A stretch of 64,000 nt of DNA from Opitutaceae bacterium (GCA_051252375.1 JBPOFY010000006.1:118786-182785); one strand, 5' to 3'; positions 30,124 through 40,215 are shown, numbered from the stretch's first letter. Made by a program: numbers and translations. The notes: generated from the letters alone by a model not told the origin.

Positions 30124-30338
30124 GTTTGTGCCGATGTATCTAGTATGTGGGCTTGTGCAATAGGAGTGATTCTTTTCAGTGGTCTTAATCGCGCTTGATC
30201 AGCTATGTCCTGAACATCGTAAAAATCAAACAATTGTTTCATTTTATCTGCGGAAGTATGATCAGCCAGTGCAACATAATCGGTAGTCAGGCGATTAGAT
30301 TCATATAACATATCATTTCACCTTCTTTTGTGTTCATT

Positions 30339-31832
30339 ATGAAAATTTCCATAACCCTTTACTCGATGTTCGGCTTGGCCAGTGTGGCGTCTGCAGTGAC
30401 TTATCCGATCGTTGATACCGCGCAGGTGCAATGTTATGATACTGAAAAGGCGATCGCTTATCCGAAAGGTAAGCAATACTACGGGCAAGACGCGCAATAC
30501 GCGGGTCATGCGGCCTCGTATGTTGACAACGGCGATGGCACAGTGAGCGATCAGGTCACTGGTTTAATGTGGACGAAAGATCCCGGCGCGAAGAAAACCT
30601 ACGAGGAGGCGGTGACCGATGCGGCAACTTGTCGCGTGGGTGGTCACAGTGATTGGCGTCTGCCGACGATTAAGCAGTTATATTCTTTAATCCAGTTGAA
30701 TGGCACCGATCCGGATCCAAAAGCTGTTGGGGTCGACTCACTGACGCCATTTATCGATGCCTCGGTTTTTGATTTTGAGTATGGAGACGCAAGTAAAGGG
30801 GAGCGCATCATTGATTCGCAGTTCGCCACTAGCACCTTGTATGTGAGCACCACGATGAAAGGCGCGAAGACCGATTTCGGAGTGAACTTTGCCGATGGTC
30901 GTATTAAAGGGTATGGTTTAATGAATCCACGCGGCAGGGAGAAGACCTTCTTTGTGCTCTATGTTCGCGGCAACCCAGACTATGGCGTGAATGCATTTAA
31001 AGATAATGGCGACGGCACGATTGCCGACACGGCCACTGGATTGACATGGATGCAGTCTGATAGCGGTAAGGGCATGGATTGGCCCGCGGCTTTAGCGTAT
31101 GCCGAAGGTATGGATTTCGCCGGACACAGCGACTGGAGGCTGCCCAATGCAAAAGAGCTGCAGAGTATTATCGATTACACGCGCTCACCCGATACGACTG
31201 ACTCAGCAGCGATTGATCCGCTCTTTGAGTCTACGTCACTTACTAATGAGCAAGGCGTGAAGGACTATGGCCATTATTGGACCAGTAGCACGCACGCGAG
31301 TAGTCGCAATGCGGCGCAAGCTGTCTACTTTGCTTTCGGTCGGTCACTCGGCTATATGAAAGATCGACGCACCGGAGAAGGTGCTTGGTTGGATGTGCAT
31401 GGTGCTGGTTCGCAACGCAGCGATCCGAAAGTCGGCGATGCATCCAAATTTCCTCAAGGGCGCGGACCACAGGGCGATGCAATTCGAATTGATAACATGG
31501 TGCGCCTTGTTCGCGGAGGAGAAGCAGTGCTCGTGACAGAGGAGCCGAAGGTGACGAGTAGTCCAAAACGAGAACCCGCACCTCAAAAGCAAATGCCCGA
31601 GCCAGAGCGTGAACGACCAGAGCCGTCGATGGAAGCAGGGCGTCCGCCAATGGGTGAAGAATCTGCCGGAGCACATTTTGTGAAACGCCTAGACAGCGAT
31701 GGCGATGGCAAGGTTTCCAAATCAGAGTTTGATGGACCCAAAGCCCACTTCTCAGAGTTTGATAGCAATGGCGACGGCTTCATCACAGTGGCCGAAGCCC
31801 CCTCTGGTCCGCCTAAAGGTCCTAGCCGCTAG
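30339..31832 (+). CDS. Secreted DUF1566 (Lcl-type) tandem-domain protein with C-terminal EF-hands
   Basis: Two DNGDGT..D..TGL.W / DWRLP..K(Q/E)L repeats, a Pro-rich linker, and EF-hand loops DSDGDGKVSKSE and DSNGDGFITVAE. Confidence 0.8.
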   Translation: MKISITLYSMFGLASVASAVTYPIVDTAQVQCYDTEKAIAYPKGKQYYGQDAQYAGHAASYVDNGDGTVSDQVTGLMWTKDPGAKKTYEEAVTDAATCRVGGHSDWRLPTIKQLYSLIQLNGTDPDPKAVGVDSLTPFIDASVFDFEYGDASKGERIIDSQFATSTLYVSTTMKGAKTDFGVNFADGRIKGYGLMNPRGREKTFFVLYVRGNPDYGVNAFKDNGDGTIADTATGLTWMQSDSGKGMDWPAALAYAEGMDFAGHSDWRLPNAKELQSIIDYTRSPDTTDSAAIDPLFESTSLTNEQGVKDYGHYWTSSTHASSRNAAQAVYFAFGRSLGYMKDRRTGEGAWLDVHGAGSQRSDPKVGDASKFPQGRGPQGDAIRIDNMVRLVRGGEAVLVTEEPKVTSSPKREPAPQKQMPEPERERPEPSMEAGRPPMGEESAGAHFVKRLDSDGDGKVSKSEFDGPKAHFSEFDSNGDGFITVAEAPSGPPKGPSR

Positions 31833-31841
31833 TTTGTTTGA

Positions 31842-32525
31842 CTAATATCCGCTGCCGGATGCGGCACCTTCGCCGGAGCAAATGGCTGCACAGGAGTTCC
31901 AGCCGACACCGAGGCGGTGGACCCCCATGTCGACGAAATGCTGTGCGCCAGCTGCATCGCGAATGCCACCTGATGGCTTTACTTTGATGCGACCTGCGGC
32001 GGTATCGAGCATGACTTGCACATCTTCGACCTTTGCGCCTTCGCCGTTGAATCCTGTGGATGTCTTGACGAAGTCCGCGCCGGCTTCGATGCAGATTTCA
32101 ACAGTCTTGGCGATATCTGCGGCGTCGAGGTGAGCCGTTTCAAAGATGACCTTCATGACGATGCCAGCGGCTTTGGTTTGTTGAGCCACGCCAGCGATGT
32201 CTGCTTTCACGCGGTCCCATTCGCCGGATTTGATGAGCCCGTAGTTGGCCACCATGTCGATTTCATCGACACCCATCGCGATGTAGCGTGCGGCTTCTTC
32301 GGCTTTCGACTCAGGGAGTTGGAGGCCATGTGGAAAGCCTAGCACGACGCAGACCGCGGTCTCGGTGTCTTTGCAGAGCGACTGCGCCAGCACAATGTCG
32401 CAAGGGCGCACGCATACACTGAATGTGTTCAACGCGAGGCATTCTTTAATCGCATGGATCGTTTCCTCCTGAGTGAATTCAGGTTTAAGGATAGCGGCGT
32501 CAAGGTAGCGGTTGAGTGATGGCAT
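31842..32525 (-). CDS. deoC: Deoxyribose-phosphate aldolase
   Basis: GFPHG, DEIDMVAN, KVIFET, ADFVKTSTGF, KPSGGIR. Confidence 0.95.
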   Translation of the reverse strand: MPSLNRYLDAAILKPEFTQEETIHAIKECLALNTFSVCVRPCDIVLAQSLCKDTETAVCVVLGFPHGLQLPESKAEEAARYIAMGVDEIDMVANYGLIKSGEWDRVKADIAGVAQQTKAAGIVMKVIFETAHLDAADIAKTVEICIEAGADFVKTSTGFNGEGAKVEDVQVMLDTAAGRIKVKPSGGIRDAAGAQHFVDMGVHRLGVGWNSCAAICSGEGAASGSGY

Positions 32526-32610
32526 GCGTGTGTTGGGCTCAGTGTGAAAAAAAGATTCCCAAAAAATGAGCTTTTGCGTGGATGCTGTCGATAAAACTAA
32601 GGCTAATGAT

Positions 32611-32749
32611 TTTAACCACGAAGTGCAGTGAGCGCACGAAGGGGCAGTGAGCGACGATGGCGGTAAATCTCACACAGAGGCACTTAGTCACGGAGGTGAA
32701 TTGGTTTCACGTATGAAGGGCTTCGTGCCTTCGTGACCTTCGTGGTAAA
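32611..32749. repeat. Intergenic inverted repeat built from CACGAAG units
   Basis: Left arm ACCACGAAG...GCACGAAG; right arm CTTCGTGCCTTCGTGACCTTCGTGGT; internal CACAGAGGCAC-type unit. Confidence 0.6.
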
Positions 32750-32758
32750 GCCTAAACC

Positions 32759-32974
32759 TTATTTATACTCTGAGAGTGTGGCACCTTTGATTAAGCGGCA
32801 AAACTCCTTTTTGGTCGCGGTCTTATGTTTGCCGTCTTTTGAAAGCAAGTTGGCCATTTCTTTGTATTCCACAGCTAGGCGTTCGAGCAGCACGATGCGT
32901 AGAAAGAGGCTTTGATCACCATGGCCGTGGACGGCGGGTGAGGTTTTCCAGACTTGTCCTTGTTCGAGTTTCAT
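32759..32974 (-). CDS. Small conserved hypothetical protein
   Basis: MKLEQGQVWK...LRIV.LERLAVEYK...KKEFCRLIKGA; co-oriented with its neighbours. Start ATG 32974. Confidence 0.6.
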   Translation of the reverse strand: MKLEQGQVWKTSPAVHGHGDQSLFLRIVLLERLAVEYKEMANLLSKDGKHKTATKKEFCRLIKGATLSEYK

Positions 32975-33016
32975 TTTCGGAGCCAATCGACGAATCTGCG
33001 CAGAGGCAAGGCGCTA

Positions 33017-33574
33017 TCAGTAAGATCTTGGATTTTCAATTATGTCCGCGAGATCGACTTCTTCCAGGCCGAGAATGCCGCAAATAGCCGTTTTTATGAA
33101 TTTCGCTTGGGCGTGTTCCTCTAGACCAGTGATGAGTTTATGCTCTTTCTTTCCGTCGGCTAATAGCATGACGCGGTATGTGATGGTGTCGCCGTTTTCG
33201 CCTGATTGGACGTGTTCTTTGGTATAGAGGCGGGTAATGCGATGAATGGGGATTTCTTTGAGCCCGATCCATGGAAGTGGGGTGTGTTGGGTAGTCAGCT
33301 GTTCTGGCGTGATTGTGATATCTGTGACGTTGAGGAATTTCGCCGTGGTGAAATAAATGAGGTAAAGTCCTACGCCAGCGTGAAGCGAGCCGAAGGCTGC
33401 CATCAGCCATGCGCCATCACGGATCGCGAGTCCCATCCACACGACCATGAATCCATTCCATAAGATCGAGAAAAATAGATAGAAGAACGCGGAATTAGTA
33501 AACCACTTACGCCGAATAATGAAAGATTCGCCGTCGCTGAAAGTTTCGATATTTTTCGGGAATGCCGCACTCAT
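33017..33574 (-). CDS. Hypothetical membrane protein (2 TM plus bacterial PH-like soluble domain)
   Basis: Two hydrophobic helices followed by a beta-rich domain. Confidence 0.65.
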   Translation of the reverse strand: MSAAFPKNIETFSDGESFIIRRKWFTNSAFFYLFFSILWNGFMVVWMGLAIRDGAWLMAAFGSLHAGVGLYLIYFTTAKFLNVTDITITPEQLTTQHTPLPWIGLKEIPIHRITRLYTKEHVQSGENGDTITYRVMLLADGKKEHKLITGLEEHAQAKFIKTAICGILGLEEVDLADIIENPRSY

Positions 33575-33691
33575 TTGTTTAGTGGGCTTTCTGCCAGTCG
33601 ATGGCGTTTAGCTTGAGCGTGGAAAGAAATACGCAACATCCCAGTCCGACGAAATGACGACTCAACGCGTTCATGTTGTTTTGCGTCTAGC

Positions 33692-34612
33692 TTAGAGGAG
33701 TGACTTTGAGTCGAGCACCGCCACGCTGTTACGCATTTTAAAGGCACGCGCCAAGGTATACTCGAAAACACGTGAGTCACCGTGCTGACTGACCCAGTTT
33801 AGGTGTTTTTCAGCCTGCTCGGGCTGGTTTTCGTGACGTAATTTTAAGCCGATGTAAGTCTGCGCTTCAGTTTCCTGGGCGGTATCCATCACGTAACTGA
33901 TCAATCCTTCTGCGCTGATCTTGCCGCTTAGGTAATCGATGACTGGGCTGGGCCACTGATTGATATTACGGTTCTTTGTGGCGTAGTTCAGCGTGCGCTC
34001 AGCAGAAACGAGGTCATCAGTTTCAAGGTATGCGAAATATGCGATTAGCAAGGGATAGATCGAGGTCTCGCCTGCGCGGTCATACATAAGTGATGCGGTT
34101 TTGGCCGACGCGGCTGCTTCCGTGAATTCACCTCGGCACATGCGGGTCCAGGCAAGTGTTTCATAGTAGAAGCCGTTGACCGGTTTGTTTGCAGTGGCGT
34201 GCTGAAAAGAGTTAAGTGCCTCGTCGAAATCCTCCAAGTTAAATGCCGCAAGACCACGGCCATTCCATGCATGCATGTGGCGAGGGTAGTTTTGAATAAT
34301 GAGGTCGTAGGAAGTAAAGGCTTGGTCGTGTTTTTGCTGTTCCGCGTAGATCATGGCCCTGCCCAACAACGCGGAAAGATCGGTCGCATCGCTTTCGAGT
34401 GCCTTGCTGAAGCTTTCGAGCGCAATATTGGGTTGCCCCGCTTCGAGTTGAACATAGCCCTCTGTGACGAAGGGGTTGGTCTCAAGCAAAGGGTCATTTA
34501 CTTCAGCTTGAACGTGATACGAAAAGAGCAGGCAGGCGCAGATCAGTAGCTGGCCAGATGTTTTCAAAAAGGACGGCCGTTGTCGGTTCGAATGGTTATC
34601 GAGGGGTAACAT
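33692..34612 (-). CDS. Tetratricopeptide repeat protein (NlpI-like)
   Basis: Signal peptide, several TPR units (ALLGRAMIY, AWNGRGLAAF) and an NlpI-like C-terminus (WPSPVIDYLSG, EAQTYIG, FEY). Confidence 0.75.
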   Translation of the reverse strand: MLPLDNHSNRQRPSFLKTSGQLLICACLLFSYHVQAEVNDPLLETNPFVTEGYVQLEAGQPNIALESFSKALESDATDLSALLGRAMIYAEQQKHDQAFTSYDLIIQNYPRHMHAWNGRGLAAFNLEDFDEALNSFQHATANKPVNGFYYETLAWTRMCRGEFTEAAASAKTASLMYDRAGETSIYPLLIAYFAYLETDDLVSAERTLNYATKNRNINQWPSPVIDYLSGKISAEGLISYVMDTAQETEAQTYIGLKLRHENQPEQAEKHLNWVSQHGDSRVFEYTLARAFKMRNSVAVLDSKSLL

Positions 34613-34794
34613 GGATGCTACACACTAGCTTCAATCTCCGTGGGGACAATGCCAATGTGACGATTTTTTGCGAGCTGGCTGCGGCTTCTAGTAGAGGGGC
34701 GAATTGTGTAATGCGTCCAAAGGCAGTCTAATGACTTTGCTAACCTTGTAGTTGTGCATTGAAAGTCCTGCAAAGCCCTGCATTCTAACTGAGA

Positions 34795-35427
34795 ATGATT
34801 ATTGAATCACAGGAACTTCCACCAATCGGCACCAATGCAATCGCCCTCATCGAACCCACGCGTAAAGAGTGTGTGATCATCGATGCGCCCGATGAGGCTT
34901 ACGCATGGGCGCAGCAGGTCGCTGAAAAACATGGCTGCACGATTGTTGCTTTGATTCTTACGCATGGGCATTGGGACCATATTTTGGATGGTCATAAGTT
35001 TGTCACTGCGGGCATTCCGACTTATGGACATGCGGACGATACGCGTATGTTTGAAGCACCGGCTTTGATGGCGAGTTACGCAATGCCGGGTCTAGAAATG
35101 TTGCCGGTGCCGATCACGCATTGGGTGATGGCTGGTGATAAATTAGAACTGCTTGGCACGACGATGGAGATACGTCATGTGCCGGGGCATTGCCCGGGGA
35201 ATGTATTGGTGTATTTGGAATCCGAAAAAGCGGCTATCGTCGGCGATGTGATTTTTGCCGGAAGCGTAGGGCGTTACGATTTGCCCGGTGGTGATTTCGA
35301 AGTGCTAAAGAAATCGATTCAAACACAGGTCTATACCTTGCCGGATGAAACTACGATTTATCCTGGGCATGGTCCGACAACGAGTGTGATCCAAGAAAAA
35401 GCGAGTAACCCTTTTGTGCGTGGATGA
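34795..35427 (+). CDS. MBL-fold metallo-hydrolase (glyoxalase II-like)
   Basis: THGHWDH, PGHCPG, GDVIF, PGHGP. Confidence 0.9.
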   Translation: MIIESQELPPIGTNAIALIEPTRKECVIIDAPDEAYAWAQQVAEKHGCTIVALILTHGHWDHILDGHKFVTAGIPTYGHADDTRMFEAPALMASYAMPGLEMLPVPITHWVMAGDKLELLGTTMEIRHVPGHCPGNVLVYLESEKAAIVGDVIFAGSVGRYDLPGGDFEVLKKSIQTQVYTLPDETTIYPGHGPTTSVIQEKASNPFVRG

Positions 35428-36542
35428 GTGACGTTTCCCAGTCGGATAAAATCTATATGAGTCGTGCCTTGGATTTGGCGCGACGCGCTTGGGGGCAGAC
35501 GCATCCTAATCCGATGGTCGGTGCTGTGATAGTTGAAGACGGCGAAATCGTCGCCGAGGGTTGGCACAGCCAAGCGGGAGAAGCGCACGCCGAAGTGGAA
35601 GCATTACGCGCACTCGCACGCACGCCGAAAGCAGAGACGACGATCTATGTGACGCTTGAACCGTGTAGCACTTGTGGACGCACAGGCGCCTGCACCGATG
35701 CGATTATCGAGTCTGGTATACGCCGCGTTGTGATTGGTGCGATTGATCCGAATCCTGCACATGCAGGGAAGGGCATCGAGGTATTGCGCGCTGCTGGCAT
35801 CGAGGTGCTTGATGGTGTCTTAGCGGAAGAATGCGTCGACTTGAATTTGATATTTAATCATTGGATCGTGAAGGGCAGTCCATTTGTCGCTGGGAAGATG
35901 GCGGTCACACTCGATGGAAAATTTTCCGCAGCATCCGGGCATTCTCAATGGGTGACCAGTGACCTTGCGCGTGAAGACTCGATGCGATGGCGACGCTATT
36001 TCCCCGCCATCGCGGTGGGAGCCGATACGGTGCTTTGCGATGATCCCAATCTCACCAGTCGCATCGGAGAGGAAGTCTGGTGCCCACGCCGATTTGTCTT
36101 TGATCGTTACCTCCGGATCGCAGGAGGGAAAACATTGCCGAGGCTATACACCGACGAATTTAAAGCGCAGACGGTGGTGCTCTGTGCCGCCACGGCCTGC
36201 CAGATGTTGAAGCAGAAATTGCTCGATCTAGGTATTTGCATGTGGGAGTTACCCATTGGTTCAGATGGGCATTTGGATTGGCAAGTCTTTCGCGAGCGTT
36301 GTGCGGCAGAGGGCATTATCGGCCTATATATTGAAACCGGTCCTAGGCTCGCCACTGCATTGCTCGAAAAACGAAAACTGGACTACCTCTACATGTATCA
36401 AGCGCCTAAATTCATGAGCGATTGCACAGCTGTTGGAATCGGGAGCCCACGTCATACCAATTCAATGAGTGAGGCGATCAAGCTTTCCGGTGTGCAACGA
36501 GCTATCTTGGGCGAGGACAGCCTGATTCGCGGACACCTTTAA
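35424..36542 (+). CDS. ribD: Bifunctional riboflavin biosynthesis deaminase/reductase
   Basis: PNPMVGAVIV, HAEV, VTLEPC..C, TLDGK, DDPNLTSR. Confidence 0.93.
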   Translation: MSDVSQSDKIYMSRALDLARRAWGQTHPNPMVGAVIVEDGEIVAEGWHSQAGEAHAEVEALRALARTPKAETTIYVTLEPCSTCGRTGACTDAIIESGIRRVVIGAIDPNPAHAGKGIEVLRAAGIEVLDGVLAEECVDLNLIFNHWIVKGSPFVAGKMAVTLDGKFSAASGHSQWVTSDLAREDSMRWRRYFPAIAVGADTVLCDDPNLTSRIGEEVWCPRRFVFDRYLRIAGGKTLPRLYTDEFKAQTVVLCAATACQMLKQKLLDLGICMWELPIGSDGHLDWQVFRERCAAEGIIGLYIETGPRLATALLEKRKLDYLYMYQAPKFMSDCTAVGIGSPRHTNSMSEAIKLSGVQRAILGEDSLIRGHL

Positions 36543-36553
36543 ACTTTAAAAGA

Positions 36554-36698
36554 GCAGTTAGTAGGTAGAAGTCAGGAGTTAGTCTCAGATGATCAGTTGT
36601 TTACGATAGAATCGAGAATGGCTATTAGGCGATCTCTTCCGCTATGCCACGCAAGTCACTGATAAAAAACTAACTTCTAGCTTCTTACTTCTAACTCC
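36554..36698. repeat. Inverted arrays of a degenerate 7-bp unit (AGTTAGA-like)
   Basis: AGTTAGT AGGTAGA AGTCAGG AGTTAG (36556-36582) and inverted CTAACTTCTAGCTTCTTACTTCTAACTCC (36670-36698). Confidence 0.55.
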
Positions 36699-36718
36699 TC
36701 AATCTAGGATAAACGACT

Positions 36719-37321
36719 ATGTCAGATTATAAGTTAATTATCGCTACGGGCAACGCCCACAAAGTCGAAGAGTTCGAGCAACTCCTCTCAGGAATCAATT
36801 TTGAGGTCTGTTCCGCCAAAGTTTGCGGCGGCATGCCGGAGGTCGATGAGAACGGTGACAGCTTTGTCGCCAATGCACAGATCAAGGCAGAAGCCCTTCG
36901 CGCGATCGCCCCAGAAGGAGCATGGGTCATGGCCGACGACTCAGGGCTCGAAGTCGACGCACTGGATGGCGCGCCGGGGGTGTATTCGGCGCGCTATGCC
37001 GGTTCAGATGCTACCGATGAGGCGAATGTCGTAAAATTACTAGATGCGCTCCGTGACGTGCCTGAAGAACGGCGGACTGCACGCTTTCGCTGTGTGCTTT
37101 GTGTGATCGATGAATTTGGGCTGATATCGCACTACGATGGCAGTTGCGAAGGGACTATTGCCAAGCGCTCTAAGGGCGACAGCGGCTTCGGTTACGACCC
37201 TATTTTCATCCCCGCAGGCCACAATCAAACCTTTGGTCAGCTAGGTGATTCAGTGAAAGCACAACTCAGTCACCGAGCCAAAGCAGCCCAATGGCTAAAG
37301 GCGACATTGGCAGAGCTTTAA
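36719..37321 (+). CDS. rdgB: Non-canonical purine NTP pyrophosphatase (RdgB/HAM1)
   Basis: [40 protein letters not shown]. Confidence 0.95.
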   Translation: MSDYKLIIATGNAHKVEEFEQLLSGINFEVCSAKVCGGMPEVDENGDSFVANAQIKAEALRAIAPEGAWVMADDSGLEVDALDGAPGVYSARYAGSDATDEANVVKLLDALRDVPEERRTARFRCVLCVIDEFGLISHYDGSCEGTIAKRSKGDSGFGYDPIFIPAGHNQTFGQLGDSVKAQLSHRAKAAQWLKATLAEL

Positions 37322-37339
37322 TTTTTTTAAGACAAACTA

Positions 37340-37370
37340 TTGACAAGCCCCGCTGAGATTAACTTTATAC
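37340..37370 (+). promoter_or_regulatory. Probable sigma70 promoter of tRNA-Asn
   Basis: Perfect TTGACA at 37340-37345; AT-rich but imperfect -10 region around 37360-37369, followed by a GC-rich discriminator-like stretch. Confidence 0.45.
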
Positions 37371-37411
37371 GCGCTTCCCAACTGACCGAAAGGGCAAGGG
37401 AAACAATTTAT

Positions 37412-37486
<75 letters not shown>

Positions 37487-37506
37487 TTTCGTGGCAAACA
37501 CAAACT

Positions 37507-37538
37507 AAGGACGATTGAGTTAACAATCGTCCTTTTTT
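37507..37538 (+). terminator. Rho-independent terminator after tRNA-Asn
   Basis: AAGGACGATTG-AGTTAA-CAATCGTCCTT followed by a T run. Confidence 0.8.
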
Positions 37539-37665
37539 GCGTTTATATTTAAGGGGTTACGGTGTTTGTAGGTGTTAACTCAATTTTGACCTTGGTTCGA
37601 TTTTCTAGCCATTTCACGACTGCTTTTCTTGGGTAATGGGTGGAATCGGCTAAAATGAGTTAACA
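37514..37665. repeat. Three copies of TGAGTTAACA (two direct, one inverted) at the left junction
   Basis: Copies at 37516-37525, 37573-37582 (inverted) and 37656-37665. ATTGAGTTAACA/TGTTAACTCAAT is a perfect 12-bp inverted repeat. Confidence 0.6.
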
Positions 37666-39750
37666 GGCACTTCTGATCATTTCTTTGATTTTCTGAACCT
37701 GATCAGCCTCGGGCAATTCTATCAGGGGAAAAATTGATCTTCTGCCCAATTTTCGTATGAGAGCGCCATCCGTGATAGATTTGAGTAGTGATTGCGCCTC
37801 CGGACTCAGCTTAATCCAGCGCATGGCTTGTGCCATTGCTGGATAGCTGAGGCCCTTTTTACGAGCCAGTTCATTCTGACCGATACCAAGTTTTCCCATC
37901 TCGTTCTTCCAGCGAATAGCTCGGTGTATCTCATGCTCAGTTTTCTTTGGGCGCTTTCTGGTTTTGGGTGTCTTATGTCCGCACTCCTTGTGAATGGGGG
38001 AGAGGATCGCGCAGTTTTCCGCTGGCTTCTTTCGGCAGTGGGCGATTTCGAGGGGGATGGTAAATCCGCTCTTTCGGTCTGCGTTTGGATGTTCTTCGCC
38101 GAAAAGCGTGTGTATGGCTTCGGTGCGTAGGCGCACTTCGACGCTGAGTTGCCGTCTGTCATGTCTATGGTGGCGCGTGTTCCCATTAACCGGATCTTTG
38201 GCTTTTCCTCCGACGCGGACTATAATAGATTTGAACAGCAGCTTGTAGAATTCTCTCTGCTCGTCTTCAGGGAGACATTTAACCGCATCGGCGAAGTGGG
38301 AGAGGGCGTTCTGAAATTGCTCAGTCGTGAGCACATCTGATTTCAGCATGTCGATTTCTCTGTTCAACCGAACCTCCTTAGTAACTAGGTCGTTCTTTTC
38401 AATGGTGAGAGCTTCGATTTTTTCTTGAAGCTTTTCGCCTACGGCTGTTCCGGAAATTTGGAGCACTTTCTCGGTGACCCTCTCAACTTCGGCATCCAGA
38501 TCCTTCAATTTGCGACGGATCTGCTGACGCTCTTTTGCTAGCTTTCGAATTTTTGTGGTTTTGGCCTTGGGGGCTTTTTGGACTAGTCGTTTAGCTATTT
38601 GAGGATTGGCAGCTATCTCACCGAAAGCTTCCATCAAAAGTGACTCCAGCAGGCGTGCGGGAATCCTTCTGATATCGCAGACTGATTCGTTGCCCATTTT
38701 TTCATGTTTGGAACATAGGTAGTAAAAATACTTCTTCATGGATCCGTCGGGCATACGCTTTGTCGAGAAGCTCGGTTTCATCGCTGAGTTGCAACAGCCG
38801 CAACGAACTTTCCCCTTTAAGGGCATGAAGTTTTTGTCCCGATCCTGGATCAGGTCTTCCTTTTTTCCAGAGCGTTGGTCCAGTGCGACCTGCGCTTTCT
38901 CCCAAATTTCCTTGGAGACGATAGACTCTGCTGCGGAAGGATATACCTCGCCGTCGTGGATGAGCACTCCCTTGTAAATTGGGTCACGCAATATAGTAAG
39001 GACGTGTTCAATTCTGAAGCGCTTTCCGCCGGTGACTATCCCTTTATTTGAAGTGCGTTTTCGTGTCCTGATTTTCCGCTTGTTCAAATCGTTGACGATT
39101 TCCATTGGCGTCATGCCTTGCAGAGTCATTTCAAAGGTTTGTAAGACCACCTTGGCATCCTCCGGCACGATATAAAGTCTGCCCTTTTGAATGCCATATC
39201 CTGGCTTCGGCACACCGCCGTGCGTTAAGCCTTTTTCCAGACGTGTAAGAATGGAACGACGGACATCGTCTGCTATGATGTTACTTGTCAGTTCGGCAAG
39301 CGCCCAGAAGATGCTACGCACAAATTTTTCGTAAGGGGTGTCGTTTCCTCCCGGCTGTGTCGTGGAGACCAAGCGAACCCCGTTCTCTTGTAGAGTTTGA
39401 TCAAAATCATGCCCTAGTCGACTGTTTCTGAAGGCCCGGCTGAGTCCATAGACGAGAACGACATCCGCGTCGCCTCTAGTTGTGCGTTCCCGAACTCGGT
39501 TGATGCCATCGCGTTTATCGTTCCGTCCCGTGCGTCCATCGTCTGAGATAACCTCGACGATCTCCCATTGCTCGCCGACTCGCTGCATTTCTTTGCAGAA
39601 CTTTCGGCAGCAGTGGATTTGGCTTTTGATTGAATCCTCTTCTTTGTTGTCTAGTTGTTTCTGGCTGGAGACTCGCGCGTAGATGATGACTCGGACGATT
39701 TTTAAGATCTGCCGAACCTTTTGATCTGCTATAGTTGTGTGCTTACTCAT
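37660..39750 (-). CDS. Large serine recombinase (integrase) with zinc ribbon, coiled coil and an extra C-terminal HTH
   Basis: Catalytic IYARVSS, GRNDKRDG, SRAFRN; recombinase domain ILRDPIYKG; zinc ribbon CGCC...YYLC...C; C-terminal QNELARKKGLSYPAMAQ. Start likely ATG 39750. Confidence 0.92.
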   Translation of the reverse strand: MSKHTTIADQKVRQILKIVRVIIYARVSSQKQLDNKEEDSIKSQIHCCRKFCKEMQRVGEQWEIVEVISDDGRTGRNDKRDGINRVRERTTRGDADVVLVYGLSRAFRNSRLGHDFDQTLQENGVRLVSTTQPGGNDTPYEKFVRSIFWALAELTSNIIADDVRRSILTRLEKGLTHGGVPKPGYGIQKGRLYIVPEDAKVVLQTFEMTLQGMTPMEIVNDLNKRKIRTRKRTSNKGIVTGGKRFRIEHVLTILRDPIYKGVLIHDGEVYPSAAESIVSKEIWEKAQVALDQRSGKKEDLIQDRDKNFMPLKGKVRCGCCNSAMKPSFSTKRMPDGSMKKYFYYLCSKHEKMGNESVCDIRRIPARLLESLLMEAFGEIAANPQIAKRLVQKAPKAKTTKIRKLAKERQQIRRKLKDLDAEVERVTEKVLQISGTAVGEKLQEKIEALTIEKNDLVTKEVRLNREIDMLKSDVLTTEQFQNALSHFADAVKCLPEDEQREFYKLLFKSIIVRVGGKAKDPVNGNTRHHRHDRRQLSVEVRLRTEAIHTLFGEEHPNADRKSGFTIPLEIAHCRKKPAENCAILSPIHKECGHKTPKTRKRPKKTEHEIHRAIRWKNEMGKLGIGQNELARKKGLSYPAMAQAMRWIKLSPEAQSLLKSITDGALIRKLGRRSIFPLIELPEADQVQKIKEMIRSAC

Positions 39751-40168
39751 AACACTTTTTATGTTTGAGCAGGGCATAGCGAACCCCGCGGGTTCGTCCT
39801 GATTTGACGACCAGGTTCGTGGCCAATAGTTTCTTCAGCGTGCGCTGGACGGTCGGCTGAGAAAGTCCAGTGGATGAGGCAATCTGTGACGGTTGAGCCG
39901 GCCCTAAGTTAGCCAGCGACACTAGGATTGTAGTCGCAGATTTACTGCTTAGAGAGGCGGTGGAGGGAGATTCTGGGGCCGCGATCTTTTCTTCGCAGGC
40001 GGTAGAGGTGAGTACGCACTGCCGACTGATCCATAGTGCTGCTGCTTTCAGTATTAGGCAGCTCAAGCGATCATTGTGATTCTGCTGCTCTGATAGTGCA
40101 TCCAGGCAGACCCCAAGCTCCGTTCTCGGAGCTTCAGCTTGAATTTCAATCTCTGCCTGCTGCTTCAC
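39743..40168 (-). CDS. Winged helix-turn-helix protein, translationally coupled to the recombinase
   Basis: PSQIASSTGLSQPTVQRTLKKLLATNLVVKSGRTRGVRY; stop codon overlaps the recombinase start. Confidence 0.7.
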   Translation of the reverse strand: MKQQAEIEIQAEAPRTELGVCLDALSEQQNHNDRLSCLILKAAALWISRQCVLTSTACEEKIAAPESPSTASLSSKSATTILVSLANLGPAQPSQIASSTGLSQPTVQRTLKKLLATNLVVKSGRTRGVRYALLKHKKCYE

Positions 40169-40215
40169 CTCCCAATTTTATTGGAAGATATCTGGTCGTT
40201 AAGATGTATTTTCGA

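Noticed and set aside
30228..30239. Palindrome AAACAATTGTTT between the efflux operon and the DUF1566 gene
   Set aside because: A single short AT-rich palindrome with no adjacent regulator gene; insufficient support for an operator.
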